A stretch of 37,820 nucleotides of DNA, taken from assembly GCF_001194135.2 (NCBI RefSeq), contig NC_068982.1, forward strand, positions 172,858,023 through 172,895,842, read 5' to 3'. How positions within the stretch are numbered: position 1 is the first letter of the stretch; every line of letters begins with the position of its first letter. Source of the DNA: Octopus bimaculoides (taxonomy: Eukaryota). The translations under genes and the position numbers were made by a program. Under the pieces are notes generated by a model. It made no database searches. It was not told the origin of the DNA and saw only the letters and a program-made list of their open reading frames with translations. This document shows, piece after piece, positions 11,414 through 22,680 of this stretch.

Positions 11414-12068
11414 CTATGACCAATAAAATAGTCTTCATACACACTGGTTTCATAAAAATATCTGACAAACACCAATGGTTGACAAGCATTTTTAATGTTG
11501 GTTATGAGAAGATGTTTGACTATCTATTTAATTACCAATCAATTTGTTTGTGTGTGGGACGGGGGTGTTAGGGGTAATGGACTATGACAAAAACACAGCA
11601 TCATCATTATCATCATCAAAAATCTTCAGGTTCCTTCTCTTAAGAGCCTTATGCAGGAAGACTTTCATCTACTCTTCTAGACTCTTGTCTCATTTGCTTT
11701 CAAACACATCCTTTTCACAGTTCCCTCTCTTAGTCCTGCCACAAATACATGTAAGCATTGTGCTTCACACTCTTTCGTTCTTTTCTTATTATATTCGCTC
11801 TCTCCCTCTTCGCACGCATGAACACATATCTCTGTCTTTGTCACTGGTGAACAGAGCCACACACACTACATGCAAGCACACACACCTTTTCACCTTACCT
11901 CCAATCACATTACCTGTCAACCCCCCCCCCCTCACATTCCTCCACTGTCAGATATGTAATGGTTGGATGGTCATGGTGTTGGATTGTTGACCTTAGAGGC
12001 CATGCTTTTGAACCTTTTAGCTGTCAGTGTTTTTAGCATAGCTTTGTGTATGCTTTAGTTTATGGCAT

Positions 12069-12103
<35 letters not shown>

Positions 12104-12757
12104 GAGAATGTGTGTGTCTGTCATCAGATGATCAGTGTTTTCTTTTTTTTTTTCCTTTCTTAAGCATTTCTCTATTGGTAAGTGAAATGCTCAATTGATT
12201 TCTGTAAATGGGAAGGAGTGACTTGTTACACACACACACACACACACACATATATTTATCTTTCACATACAACCTAAATACACATACACCTGTTAGAATG
12301 ACATTCTTATTTTGCTGGTTTTAATCATTGGACTGCAGCCATGCTTAAGCATTGCCTCTGATTCAATATAAGTCTTATTTTAGCTGACTGCATTGTATAA
12401 AATGTATGCACATTATGTGCTTCTGAACAATTTACTTCTACTAAAATCCATAAACAAAGTTATAGGTCAACGTGGAGCTACACAGTTTTTGACTATGTGT
12501 GTTGTAAATCTGTTTTTGTTTCTTTGTTTTGTTTTTTTTTGTATTATATGATTGTTAAATTTTATGGCTGTATGGTTTCTTGTACAACCATACTGGAATT
12601 CCAAGGGTGACTTCAGGACTTGCTCTAATTCAACTTGCAATGTGCCCCTCTTTATATCTCTTCCTTTCTCTCATACACACATTTATATGAACTTTCTCTC
12701 ACATACCTGCATTTAAGCGAGATACAATGTATATCAATTAACAAGTTGAACTTGCTC

Positions 12758-12790
<33 letters not shown>

Positions 12791-13556
12791 TATGCACTCA
12801 CCACACCACCTACACATCCCTTCTCTCTCCACTGTCTATTCCATTGTTTATCTATTATGGAGAGACATCAAAGGTTAAAGTGAATCTATTGAATAACCAT
12901 TTCCCACAGGTTCAAATTCTGCGGCTGTTCATATTCAAATGTTAATCTTTACCAGTTCAACATATTCAAATAAACTGGAACTGTTTATTTAAAGAAATCT
13001 TATTCCTCCAGCTGTCCATCAGGCTATTGTTTATGTACTACTATTTATTATTGTTGTTGTTGTTGTTAACAGTGTTGGGTGGATTGGCAGAATTGTAAGT
13101 GTACTGGACAACTTAAAATGACAACTTGAACTTCATTTTTAACAAGATGATTGAACTGTTTCATTAAAAGGGATGATTTATTTGCAAAAATATTACTAAT
13201 ATTGGAAAAGGTTGACATCATTATTTTAGAACTTCTTTTGATAAAATATTAATGGAAAAAGTGTGGATTCCATAAAGATTTATGTGTTTTGCATCCTTAT
13301 TTATCTTCATAACAGGATTGTCTCTATTTTCCATTCCACTTAAAATGATATAAAGCTCACCTCTTAGTGCTCCAATCTACTTTCATTTAAATTTTCACAC
13401 TGTTCCTCCTCTGTTTGGCACTCAGGCTAGTCTAGTGTAATGAACACCTCATTCTTCCCTTCATTTTCATTTTACTTTTCTTATTATCACCCACTCTGTA
13501 TTTATCATTTTCTTCCTAAGCCCATTTTATCTCCTGGCCATGACAGCATTTACACA

Positions 13557-13783
13557 AGGAGGTGGGGTAGCTGAATCATTAGCACGCTGGGCAAAAATGC
13601 TTAGCAGAATTTTGTCCGACTTTATGTTCTGAGTTCAAATTCTACCCAAGTCAACTTTGTTTTTTATCCTTTTGGGGGTCAATGAAATAAGTACCAGTTG
13701 AGCACTGGGATCAATTTAATAGACTAGTCCCCTCCCACAAAATAACAATCCTATAGTAGGAAGGATTTTTATTAATATTATTA
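13557..13783 (+). mobile_element. Family C tRNA-derived SINE
   Basis: Head ...GAATCATTAGCAC...CTGAGTTCAAATTC, core TCCTTTTGGGGGTCAATGAAATAAGTACCAG, ATT-rich tail. Confidence 0.85.
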
Positions 13784-14047
13784 GTGGGCAGTGGTGGTTG
13801 TTTTATAATATTGATGTTTTGTTTATCATGTGCTTTTTTTTTTGTTTCCTAAACTCTTTCCTTTTTGCCACATGGAATTATTTTAATCTTGAGTAAGGAA
13901 TGACTGTATTTTTCTAAGTTGGTTTTCCTTATTTGCTTAGGATTTTGTTAATTACCATTTCAGTTTCTTTATTTGTATGTGCGTATTTGCATATGTGAGA
14001 TTACAGTACTTTTGTATATGTTTGTGTATGTATTAACCAGCAGGTAA

Positions 14048-14083
<36 letters not shown>

Positions 14084-14814
14084 AAAGAAATTGTGACATC
14101 ATCATCGTTTTCCATTATTCATGCAGTCTAAAAAGATCTTCCACAGTCAACCATAAGCGGGTTCCCCTCCACACACAGTACACGCACTTCTTTACCATTA
14201 TGCTGAAGATCTAAAAACAAAATATGTTTGAAGTTTTACCTGGTTTGCGTTTATATTTTTTCCCCTTAAGGAAGTAAATGCTTATGCATTTCATGTTCCA
14301 GTGGGTGGGGGTGGGGGAGAGGTGAGAGTAGTGGTGGTAGTATTGGAAGTGAGGAGATAAATGAATCGCAGGTAACCCTCTTCCCTCCTTTTGGTTTACT
14401 TTTATGAAATTTGTAAGTGTTGCTCTTATATTTCATACACTCAAGTTTATACGTATTCCTGCATGAATTTAATGTAATTGCCATAACACACACGTGTGTG
14501 TGTGTGTGTGTGTGTGTATGGGCATGGCTGTGTTGTTAGGTTTTCTTTGCAACCCTAGAGTTTTGTCCCAGTGCATGATAGCTTAATCACATTTCTCTAC
14601 TGTAGCCTTGCATTGATTTGTGCCTTGCAAGAGAAACTTAATAGACAGGAGCTAGGGAAGGGTTGTACAAACACTCTTACTCACAAACACATGCCTATAC
14701 CTATGTTTCTTATGTTTTGTTTTCATGTTCTGTTATCTAACAGTTCGGCAAATAGTGCACAATAAAATACTGGTTTCAGTATGAACTACCAAACACTAAT
14801 GACTAGAGTAGCGT

Positions 14815-14854
<40 letters not shown>

Positions 14855-14942
14855 CAAACTTACTGTGTAAAGGTAAACGCGTGCATTCTGTCATGTGATA
14901 CAAACAGTATATGAGTATATGCATATATGTACATGTATGTGC

Positions 14943-15093
14943 ATAATGAGAGAGATGGAAGATACGAGAACGGTTATTAATCACTACAATTGTTTCGATC
15001 CATCTAGTATTGATTTCCCACAGGTGGGATACTTAACAAATGGTTCAGGAGCATCCGACAGTGTAGATGTACCTCTTCCATCTCTCTCATTAT
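14943..15093. repeat. Perfect 20-bp inverted repeat with 111-nt spacer
   Basis: ATAATGAGAGAGATGGAAGA (14943-14962) is the exact reverse complement of TCTTCCATCTCTCTCATTAT (15074-15093). Confidence 0.95.
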
Positions 15094-15134
15094 TCAAATA
15101 CCCAACAAACACTGTGAAAGTTTGCATTTTACTG
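15024..15134 (+). CDS. Candidate internal exon of an unidentified gene
   Basis: GATTTCCCACAG acceptor and CTG|GTAAGC donor, 111 nt. Open in phase 1 (GILNKWFRSIRQCRCTSSISLIIQIPNKHCESLHFT) and in phase 0. Phase 1 joins 16337-16407 in frame. Confidence 0.5.
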
Positions 15135-15215
15135 GTAAGCTACCAAGTGTGTACCATATGATTTCTCTCTCTCTCTCTATATATATATACATATATATAT
15201 ATACATATATATATA

Positions 15216-15315
15216 TTATCATCATCATCATCGTTTAACGTCCGCTTTCTATGCTAGCATGGGCTGGACGATTTGACTGAGGACTGGTGAAACCGGATGG
15301 CAACACCAGGCTACA
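15216..15315 (-). mobile_element. Family B retroposon, short 3' fragment in a (TA)n tract
   Basis: (CAT)n CGTTTAACGTCCGCTTTCTATGCTAGC...ACACCAGGCT. Confidence 0.85.
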
Positions 15316-15879
15316 CGGGCGCACATACACACAAATATATATATATTTTCCAAGCTATTTGTTTCTGTTGTGTTATATGAAAAATCTAAAAATTCTGGAT
15401 GCATCCTTATTTGAAAAGGCTATGTTGGACTTTATGCCAATGGTTGCTAGTATCCTGTTTTTGTGTGTGTTTATATCTTTGATAGCTAGTATTGCAAATG
15501 TATGCTTAAATGTTTCATCTAGCCAGCCTTGTCTGGTGACCAGTAGGTTGAAATGAATAATCGATAATAGCTGAAAGTTTTGAATGGTACCTGACATAAC
15601 AAGTCGGCCACATGGCCCATGGAGTCAAGTGCCATTCATCATCGTATCACATGAATATTGCCAACTGATTCAAATGCCAAAAGTGATTTCAGTCTAATCA
15701 ATAAAGCAGCCTTAGATTCAATAAATGCAGACATGAAACAAATCTACACCTTTTGAATCTATGAAGCAAGGTTGCTGTGGTTATCGGCAGTTATTCAAGG
15801 AGATTGAAAACAGAGATGAATGCAGATTTATCTCATTCGCCAACATCGACTGTTACTTCCTTGCCCTCACCCACACCCA

Positions 15880-16060
15880 CCCACTTACCTGATAAACTTA
15901 TGGCAGGTAAAAAAATCCATCTGAGAAATCATTTGCAAACACGACACCGAAAACCAACCTTGCATATGATCATATATGACAGAGAACTATGGTGGATTAA
16001 GAAAAATTTGAGAAGGCTATTATTCACGTTGGAACTTGGATAGAAGCAGCAGCTCTTGAT
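15880..16060 (+). pseudogene. Possible degraded LINE ORF1 (SGNH/esterase-like) remnant
   Basis: Frame with stops reads KSFANTT...AYDHI*...EKFEKAIIHVGT, resembling the SFPGAT...DHI...VIIHVGTND pattern of CR1/L2-type ORF1. Judged by eye. Confidence 0.3.
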
Positions 16061-16336
16061 TCCTTGAGTTAGTCATGATTATACTTAACATCCATAGAAA
16101 ACATGTTTTAGTGGCAATAGTGTGGGTCTGTATGGAAATGAGGGATGGCACACTTAGAATTTTGACTAGAATGAGGTATCTAAGGAGATGACCAGAGTAT
16201 TGTAATTGGTGCAAATCTAACAACAGTAAACATCCTTAACATTCTGCTAAAATGACCATGAAGAGCTTTTGTATGTTTTGAGACAAAATTTAGTCTGCTT
16301 CCTGCAGCATCTATTTGTCTATATTTTCCCCTGCAG

Positions 16337-16407
16337 ACAGTGACCTGGAAATGAATCTCATCAATTTGAAAGCACCTGTAAAAGTCAGGGGTACTGTCTC
16401 TCCTCTC
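16337..16407 (+). CDS. Candidate internal exon of the same unidentified gene
   Basis: Strong acceptor TTTGTCTATATTTTCCCCTGCAG and donor CTC|GTAAGT. Only the phase-1 frame is open: (D)SDLEMNLINLKAPVKVRGTVSPL. Confidence 0.55.
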
Positions 16408-16418
16408 GTAAGTAATTT

Positions 16419-16420
<2 letters not shown>

Positions 16421-16456
<36 letters not shown>
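16421..16456. repeat. Poly(A) tract
   Basis: Direct observation. Confidence 0.95.
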
Positions 16457-16458
<2 letters not shown>

Positions 16459-17109
16459 AAAACTGTGAAAGGTTGCAAAGTACTTATGACTGTTTTAATA
16501 TATAAAACGAATAGAAATACACAATATAGCACAATCTACCAGAAAATATCAATGCAAAATGCAGTGTAGTAAAAACGTCTATCTTATCGAGAACTATTTC
16601 CTGAATGGCCACAAATTGTACTTGATGTTAAACAAAAATAATGTAAAGGTAAGCTTCAGTTGCATGCTCAACATTTCCTGTATTATCAAAGGTCAAAATG
16701 CAAAAGTATTATTGTGAATAGGCCAAGAACCCGAAGAACTATCCAGTTGCCAAAGTTTGAAAAGGAAATACCTTGAGAAATTTCTTTTAACCTACTTCAG
16801 CATAAAATTAGTGAGACAAGGTTACTAACTATTACTTTTGCATCACCAGCAGAACACATAGATTATCACCACCAAGAAGACCGGAACCTATACTACTGCC
16901 AACACTTGAACAATGTAGTTACCATAACAACAGTACAGAACATGATATAAAAACGATGACAGCTGTAACTCATAGGGGAACTGGAAATGCTAATTTAAAA
17001 CCAGAAACACAGCCGCTGTATCAGTGGGCACTCCTGCCTTGCAATAACCAACACAACATGGGATTTCATTATCACAAAATAACTATTAGATATATACCAG
17101 GAAGAGGAC

Positions 17110-17310
17110 TGCAACATTGTCACTGACCCGTTAGAAATAAGTGAAATTTCTCTCAAACCACACCAAACTGCCTGAAAAAGAAATACATTTGATAATGTAG
17201 TCCTAGATACAGTATGGTCAAGAAAAAAAAAAAACTTCACTGGATTGTCATGGATGGCTTATATGGGATTATAGTCTGCTTGGTCAGGGCAAATCTAGAA
17301 TTCAACAACA
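17110..17310 (-). mobile_element. Family D repeat
   Basis: TTAGAAATAAGTGAAATTTCTCTCAAACCACACC...GATAATGTAGTCCTAGATAC...GTCTGCTTGGTCAGGGC is an inverted relative of 27925-28100. Confidence 0.6.
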
Positions 17311-17389
17311 GGACTGTACACCACCACCACCACCACTACTACACAGCTCCATCTGTAAACAACTTTATGAATATGAACATATGTCACTA

Positions 17390-17600
17390 ACACTCCATGA
17401 GCTGCAACCGGCTAGTAGTAATAGCCAAGTCTCCCTTAAATTACACTTGTCATCTTCAACAGTGAAAAAAGTAAAGACATTGGATACTGTAGTCTAAGGT
17501 ACATAATTCTTCGAGAAGAGTATGGGATGAACATGGCTTGAATAGCTTTAATCATAGATCTGCTCCACCTTAGCCATCATAGTAAAACCATCTCCAAACA
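17390..17600 (-). mobile_element. Family D repeat, second adjacent copy
   Basis: ATAGCCAAGTCTCCCTTAAATTACAC...CATTGGATACTGTAGTCTAAGG...ATCATAGATCTGCTC. Confidence 0.6.
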
Positions 17601-17835
17601 ACAGCGACAATCAATATAAAAGAATACCTAAATACCACTTAGCCTGCTAAGTGAGCCACCTAATTTTGTTTTCTAATGATTACAAAGCGAAAATATTTAT
17701 AGTTCCTGCCAACCCCTTAAATCCCTAATTCAATGTATCCAACATAACACAGGTGCTGTGAAGCACACCTTAATTGGCCCTTCATGTACAATATATAAAT
17801 GAAAATAGTTCAAATTTTAGTTTCACTGAAGTCAG

Positions 17836-17881
17836 CTAGTTTCCCTATTGTTATTTACTGGAGCACCCATAATATATGAAG
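17836..17881 (+). CDS. Weak candidate exon
   Basis: Strong donor GAAG|GTAAGT but weak acceptor. Phase 0 to 1, LVSLLLFTGAPIIYE, compatible with the exon ending at 16407. Confidence 0.25.
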
Positions 17882-17929
17882 GTAAGTTGACAGAAATTGG
17901 TTCTTCTCTCCATAGATGTGCACACATAC

Positions 17930-17968
<39 letters not shown>

Positions 17969-18069
17969 GGCAATAATAATTTTTGTTTTGTTTGTCCATA
18001 ATGGTTGGAAAAAAATGGTGGGGACCATTTCAATCAATCCTCCATTTACTATGTCACACTATTAATATA

Positions 18070-18310
18070 AATAATAATAATAATAATAATAATAGTATCT
18101 AAGACTGGTATCGAAAATGTTTCAGTGCAGAGGAGGGAGAATGTATAGCCAGTTTGAATTGATTCCGGTACTTGACTGGTTGTTATTTATTGCATCGGTT
18201 GTTGGACGATGGAAAGTAGAACTGACCATGGTGGGATTTCAACCATGAATGTGAAAAAAAAAACATAACAAAATGCTGCAAAGTATTTCGTTTGATTATT
18301 TATCATTTGT
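18070..18310 (-). mobile_element. Family C SINE, highly degenerate
   Basis: (AAT)n tail, then GGTACTTGACTGGT...GGGATTTCAACC...GCAAAGTATTTCG. Confidence 0.5.
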
Positions 18311-18578
18311 CTCACTCACAAGTACGGTGAATGGGCTAACAGAACCATTAGGACATTGGTGTATTTGTCCTAGCGCTTTTATATTCATGGTTAACTTTGC
18401 TGTTCAGTCTTCCAGGATCAAGAAAATACAGTCCTAGTTATGAACTGAGGATGATATGATTAGATATATGCTTTCTTCAAATTTTGAAACCTCGTGCATA
18501 TTATTACTATAATTCTTATTACTACAATGATGGATTCAGCCACCTGCTATGGGGGTTGTCTTGCTTCCTTCCTTTCAG

Positions 18579-18865
18579 TCAGGAAACGCAGAACGTATTT
18601 CTCTCCATCCCGTGGTTATAATGAAAGAGATTGTATGGTAGACAAGATTAAAAGGACTGTTAACAAACAGTTTCTTTTTCAATTAAGCCCTCAACAACTT
18701 CTCCAATTCCTGAGTGGAGAGAGAGAGGTGTTGCCCTCTAGTGAATTTGTTATATGGTGGGTGAGAGTGGCAAAGAATACCCTCTATGAATGGCCTTACT
18801 TCCAACATGCATCTGTAGATCACAGAACACACAACCAGAAGAGGGCACTGATTCTTGGAAGTTAG
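18579..18865 (+). CDS. Candidate exon or terminal coding exon, unknown product
   Basis: Strong polypyrimidine acceptor CTTGCTTCCTTCCTTTCAG followed by ~95 open codons (RKRRTYFSPSRGYNERDCMVDKIKRT...LILGS*). An alternative AG lies 4 nt downstream. Confidence 0.3.
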
Positions 18866-18946
18866 GATAATCAGGCGTTTGTCTTTCCATTGAGATATCT
18901 TAATTCATTCCTGTTGTTTACTGTGCCTTTCTACCATCCCTTCCCT

Positions 18947-19154
18947 CATCATCATCATCATCATTTAATGCCGCTTTTCCATACTGGCATGGGTTGGACG
19001 GTTTGACTAGGAACTGGCAAGTCGGTAGGCTGCGCTAGGCTCCAATCTGATCTAGCAAGGTTTCTACAACTGGATGCCCTTCCTAACGCCAACCACTCCA
19101 AGAGTGTAGTGGGTGCTTTTTACTTGCCACCGGCACAGGAGCCAGTCAGGCGGC
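18947..19154 (-). mobile_element. Family B retroposon, diverged subfamily
   Basis: (CAT)n tail, GGCATGGGTTGGACG, GGATGCCCTTCCTAACGCCAACCAC core, partial subrepeat. Confidence 0.85.
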
Positions 19155-19228
19155 AAACATTATTGCTATTAATAATTTGGAGGAGATGCTGACTGCAGTT
19201 GCAAGTAAAGGCATAAACCCAATGTCTT

Positions 19229-19380
19229 GAATTTGATGATGATGAGCATAGATACATGGCCTGAAATTTGGAGAATCAGTTTAGATGATTATACCAATTC
19301 CAGTATTTGAATGATACTGTATTTTATTGGTTTCAAAGGGTGACAGGCAATATTGACCTCATCAAAAATTTATCTTTAAA
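19229..19380 (-). mobile_element. Family C SINE remnant
   Basis: GGCCTGAAATTTGG...CAGTATTTGAATGATAC...GGCAATATTGACCTC. Confidence 0.45.
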
Positions 19381-19451
19381 TGGCTGGAACAAGTACCACC
19401 GGCCATTTGTTTCTGACACTTGAGTGATTCTACTTATCTATCATCCCAAAT

Positions 19452-19689
19452 GATGATAATGGTTTTAGATTTTGGCACTGGGCCAGCAGTTTTTGAGAGA
19501 AATGGGGGAAAGGTGATTAAGTTTCAGTTAATCAACTCCAGTGCTCAGCTTGTGCTTATTTTATCAACCTCGAAAGCATAAAAAGAGAAGCTAACTTAGA
19601 CGGGATTTGAACTCAGAACGTAATAATGGATGAAATGCCACTTAGCATTCTGCCTAGTGTGCTAATGATTGTGCCAGCTCGCCGGCTTA
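19452..19689 (-). mobile_element. Family C SINE
   Basis: GGTTTTAGATTTTGGCAC...GATTTGAACTCAGAACG...GTGCCAGCTCGCCG. Confidence 0.85.
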
Positions 19690-19759
19690 CTAGTAGTAAT
19701 GATGATGATGATAATAATAATAAAGCTTTCTTAGTATTTTTTAGTTGTATTGTTTTTAT

Positions 19760-19897
19760 ATTTTGAGTTTCATTTCCCACTGCCTTCAATTTAACCTTTC
19801 ATCTTCCTGCAATCAAAGTACCATTTAAGTACCAGGGTTGATTGAATTACCTCCTTCTAAATCCTGTAGCCTTGTACTTCTGTTAGAAATATTATTT
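19760..19897 (+). mobile_element. Family C SINE remnant
   Basis: GAGTTTCATTTCCC...AACCTTTCATCTT...AAGTACCAGGGTTGATTG. Confidence 0.5.
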
Positions 19898-20683
19898 GTA
19901 ATAGATTGTAGGATTAGAGTTACACATTCAACTAGGCTTTCACCCTTGACACTTTTGGTTGCCAGAAGAGTGGAAAATGAAGTAACTCCTAGTAGTATTT
20001 TTACTCAGAATGTAGAGTAGAAGGATGGGATGGAATGCAGCTATTACTTCACTATTAATGTGAGTCCAATAACATTTTTATTGTAAACAGATGTGTGTGT
20101 TTGTTTAATGCAATGGCTAATGAATATGTGTTTTATGTACATTTGGTATTTTTGCATATAATTTGTTGTTGTTGAAGTGGCGCTTCTAGTTTTTAAAATA
20201 TTTTGAGGATACTATCCTTGAGTTTCAAAACTGAGGCTGGGTCCTGTTTGTCAAAATGACAGTTGAGAGGTCTCTTTAGAGAAATGCAATTGAAACAACG
20301 TTAACCTTGTTATAAGCATTTACATAATTCATTGGGAGACGGGGGTCTTTTTCAACTCCTAGCAACTCTGGATGGTTCTTCTAGGAGAACATCCACTAGC
20401 ATATTTTTGACATCGAATATATGTAACTCACGGAAGTGGCTTAGCTCCTTTCTGTAGCTTAATGTAGATGTGAAAGCATGAAATAAAACTACAATTTCAA
20501 GCTTTGTAATTAATTATTCACAAGTCATAAACTAAGTGCCCTCCTTCTTTCGAGCATAGACTTATTGCTCAGTGGTGAGTAAAAGATATGAGTATTCAAG
20601 CGTAAGTGTGTGTGTATGTGTGTAGTTCATTCATGTCTTGCAGTTGTCAAAACCTCTGAAGTTTAAGATTTATGGGCTGGTGG

Positions 20684-20855
20684 TTACTCTGTCAAATGTC
20701 ATGCTTATTTATTCACATATGATGCTTTGAATTATTCGTGCATTATCTCATAGCGTCAAGCTATCGATGAATGTGATTGACATTGTGGAATGTGTGTGAG
20801 AAGCCAAATCTGGCAGCTGCTATAAAACAGCTGCTATATATTTGGGTTGGCCAGA
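20684..20855. mobile_element. Degenerate internal part of the piggyBac-type MITE
   Basis: TTACTCTGTCAAATGTCATGCTTATTTATTCACAT...TGCATTATCTCATAG...GACATTGT...GTGTGAGAAGCC is colinear with 21380-21570. Confidence 0.75.
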
Positions 20856-21360
20856 TAAAGTCAAGGAGTTTCTGTAAGTAACTAACGGTTTCCCCCCCCC
20901 CCATGTGGTTGTAGAAGGGACACGCACATGAGGCACAACTTTTAGAGTGGAGTGAAGTGAATATAAATTCTTGATACCCGATGTTGGACTGCTTTGCTTG
21001 TATCAGGCTGGTAATCATAGACACTGTCATGGGGGTGAGGGTAAAAAAAAATTTGCGTTTGTGGTTGAATCCAGAGGATTGTTGTTACATGGCGAGAGCA
21101 TCGGTCCTTGTAGAGGAGGAAAGGGTAAAGGTTACCAGACAAAAAAAGTTAACAAAAGTGAATTCATTTGTACTACCAAACCCTCTAAGATTTAGAGTTA
21201 ATAGATGGATAACATTACACGTTAGAGTGGGTCATTTGAATTGATGGGGCTAAAGCCCATATAAGCAGTAAGGTGTTTAGAGGGGAGCAAGAAAATAGTT
21301 CCAGAAGCTAACCGGAAGGGGAAGTTCTGGTACTGTGGCAAGTGATCTATGGGGCTGGAT

Positions 21361-21590
21361 TTAACCCTTTGGCATTCAGATTTCTTTGTCAAGTTTTTAA
21401 TGTTTATTTATTCACATTGTCCCGAATTAATCATGCATTATCTTGTGGCTTGAAGATTTCAAAGGTATGTTTGTATATTTTTAGAATGACATTGTTGGGT
21501 GGGTGTGAGAGGTTGGATCAGGTCAATTTTAACACGAAACACATAGAATATCTAGGCTGTATATGGCTGGATTAAATGCTAAGGGATTAA
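21361..21590. mobile_element. piggyBac-type MITE with TTAA target sites
   Basis: Left end TTAACCCTTTGGCATT and right end AATGCTAAGGGATTAA form imperfect TIRs with TTAA at both ends; ~230 nt non-coding. Confidence 0.8.
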
Positions 21591-22048
21591 ATAAGTCGAC
21601 AAATAGTGCTAGACCTGGTGGGTGTCATCTATAGAAGGAGGGGAAAGGACATTTCTATTTTTGAAATAGACAAATGGATGGCATAGATCAATATATTCAG
21701 CAGAGCTGGGACCAAATTTGGTGCAGCTCTTCTTCCATTGTTATAGCTCGCACAGCATGAATAATGGTTAGCAGGGTGATAGAAATTGGTGTGTTCTTTC
21801 TTTGGTCTGTATTTCTGTCTGTGTATCCTTGATAATGCATCTTCGGGTGTATTTGTGTTTGTAGTTGCATTGATTTGGGTGGGTTATGAGAAATTGTATG
21901 TAGTAGCGTTATTTGTCGCAGTGTTGTTGTTATTATTAACCGTATTAGTAGCTGCAAAACAATGCACCTATTTATGTACAGTGCAGCTCTTTGTCTTAAC
22001 AAATGTATGTGTGCAACTTAAAAATACATATTATTTGCACTGTGTTCT

Positions 22049-22052
<4 letters not shown>

Positions 22053-22093
<41 letters not shown>

Positions 22094-22200
22094 GCACCTA
22101 TGTGAAATTAGTGTGGTGTCGTCATTGGTCATGGGTCAACTTGTACAAGTGTGGCTCCTCTCCTCCCTCTTTCTCTCTCTCTCTCTCTCTCTCATTCTCC
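22053..22200. repeat. (CA)n and (CT)n microsatellites
   Basis: Direct observation. Confidence 0.9.
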
Positions 22201-22680
22201 CTCTCTGTGTGTATCAATAGACGTATGTATATAATGTGTGTGTATAAATCTGTATTTATATATGTCTGTATGTGCATAAGTGTGTGTGTGTATGTGTGTC
22301 TTTGTTATATGTATATGATACATATATACATATGTATGTTTGGTCATGTTCATTAAACACACACTATTTAATTAACTCCATTTGTCAATCATCATAATTC
22401 TGCAAGTGAAAAACAGCTCACTCTAAATTTAACCTTGTATTTCTCTTCCTTTTCTCTGTCTGTCTGTCTTTCTTTTTGAACTCTTCTACTGTCCACTTAC
22501 ATTTTTCTGGCATTTTATACCTTCAACAGCTGTCCCCGATCTCTTCTGAAGCTACCTATCTCTGTCTATACACCTCTTTGTGCTCCATTCTTGTTCATGG
22601 ACTTGCTGCTTTCTTCTTGGTTTGAACACCTACTTAAACACTAGCTTAATTTTGAGAGGAGTACTGAATTGCCTCAATCG

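Noticed and set aside
14041-14043. Possible 3-nt microexon (TTAACCAG|CAG|GTAAAG)
   Set aside because: Such a short pattern is expected by chance and cannot be supported without reads
14090-14230. Minus-strand acceptor followed by LQHNGKEVRVLCVEGNPL
   Set aside because: All frames hit stops before a credible donor, and no homologue was recognised
15373-15597. Minus-strand ORF with WLDETFK resembling the MULE DGTFK motif
   Set aside because: No downstream MULE motifs on the same strand and no TIRs
16565-16648. Phase 0-0 exon candidate (CSKNVYLIENYFLNGHKLYLMLNKNNVK) with AAG|GTAAGC donor
   Set aside because: The acceptor lacks a pyrimidine tract (A-rich) and sits in probable decayed TE sequence. 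Revisit if RNA-seq supports the gene.
20754-20873. 120-nt AG/GT-bounded exon-like segment with one in-frame TGA after Cys-Val (possible selenocysteine CxU motif)
   Set aside because: The sequence is colinear with the internal part of the piggyBac-type MITE at 21361-21590, so the peptide is repeat-derived. No SECIS evidence.
20942-21244. Three overlapping 66-87 aa ORFs between the two MITE copies
   Set aside because: No recognisable domain or splice context; at most a decayed TE fragment
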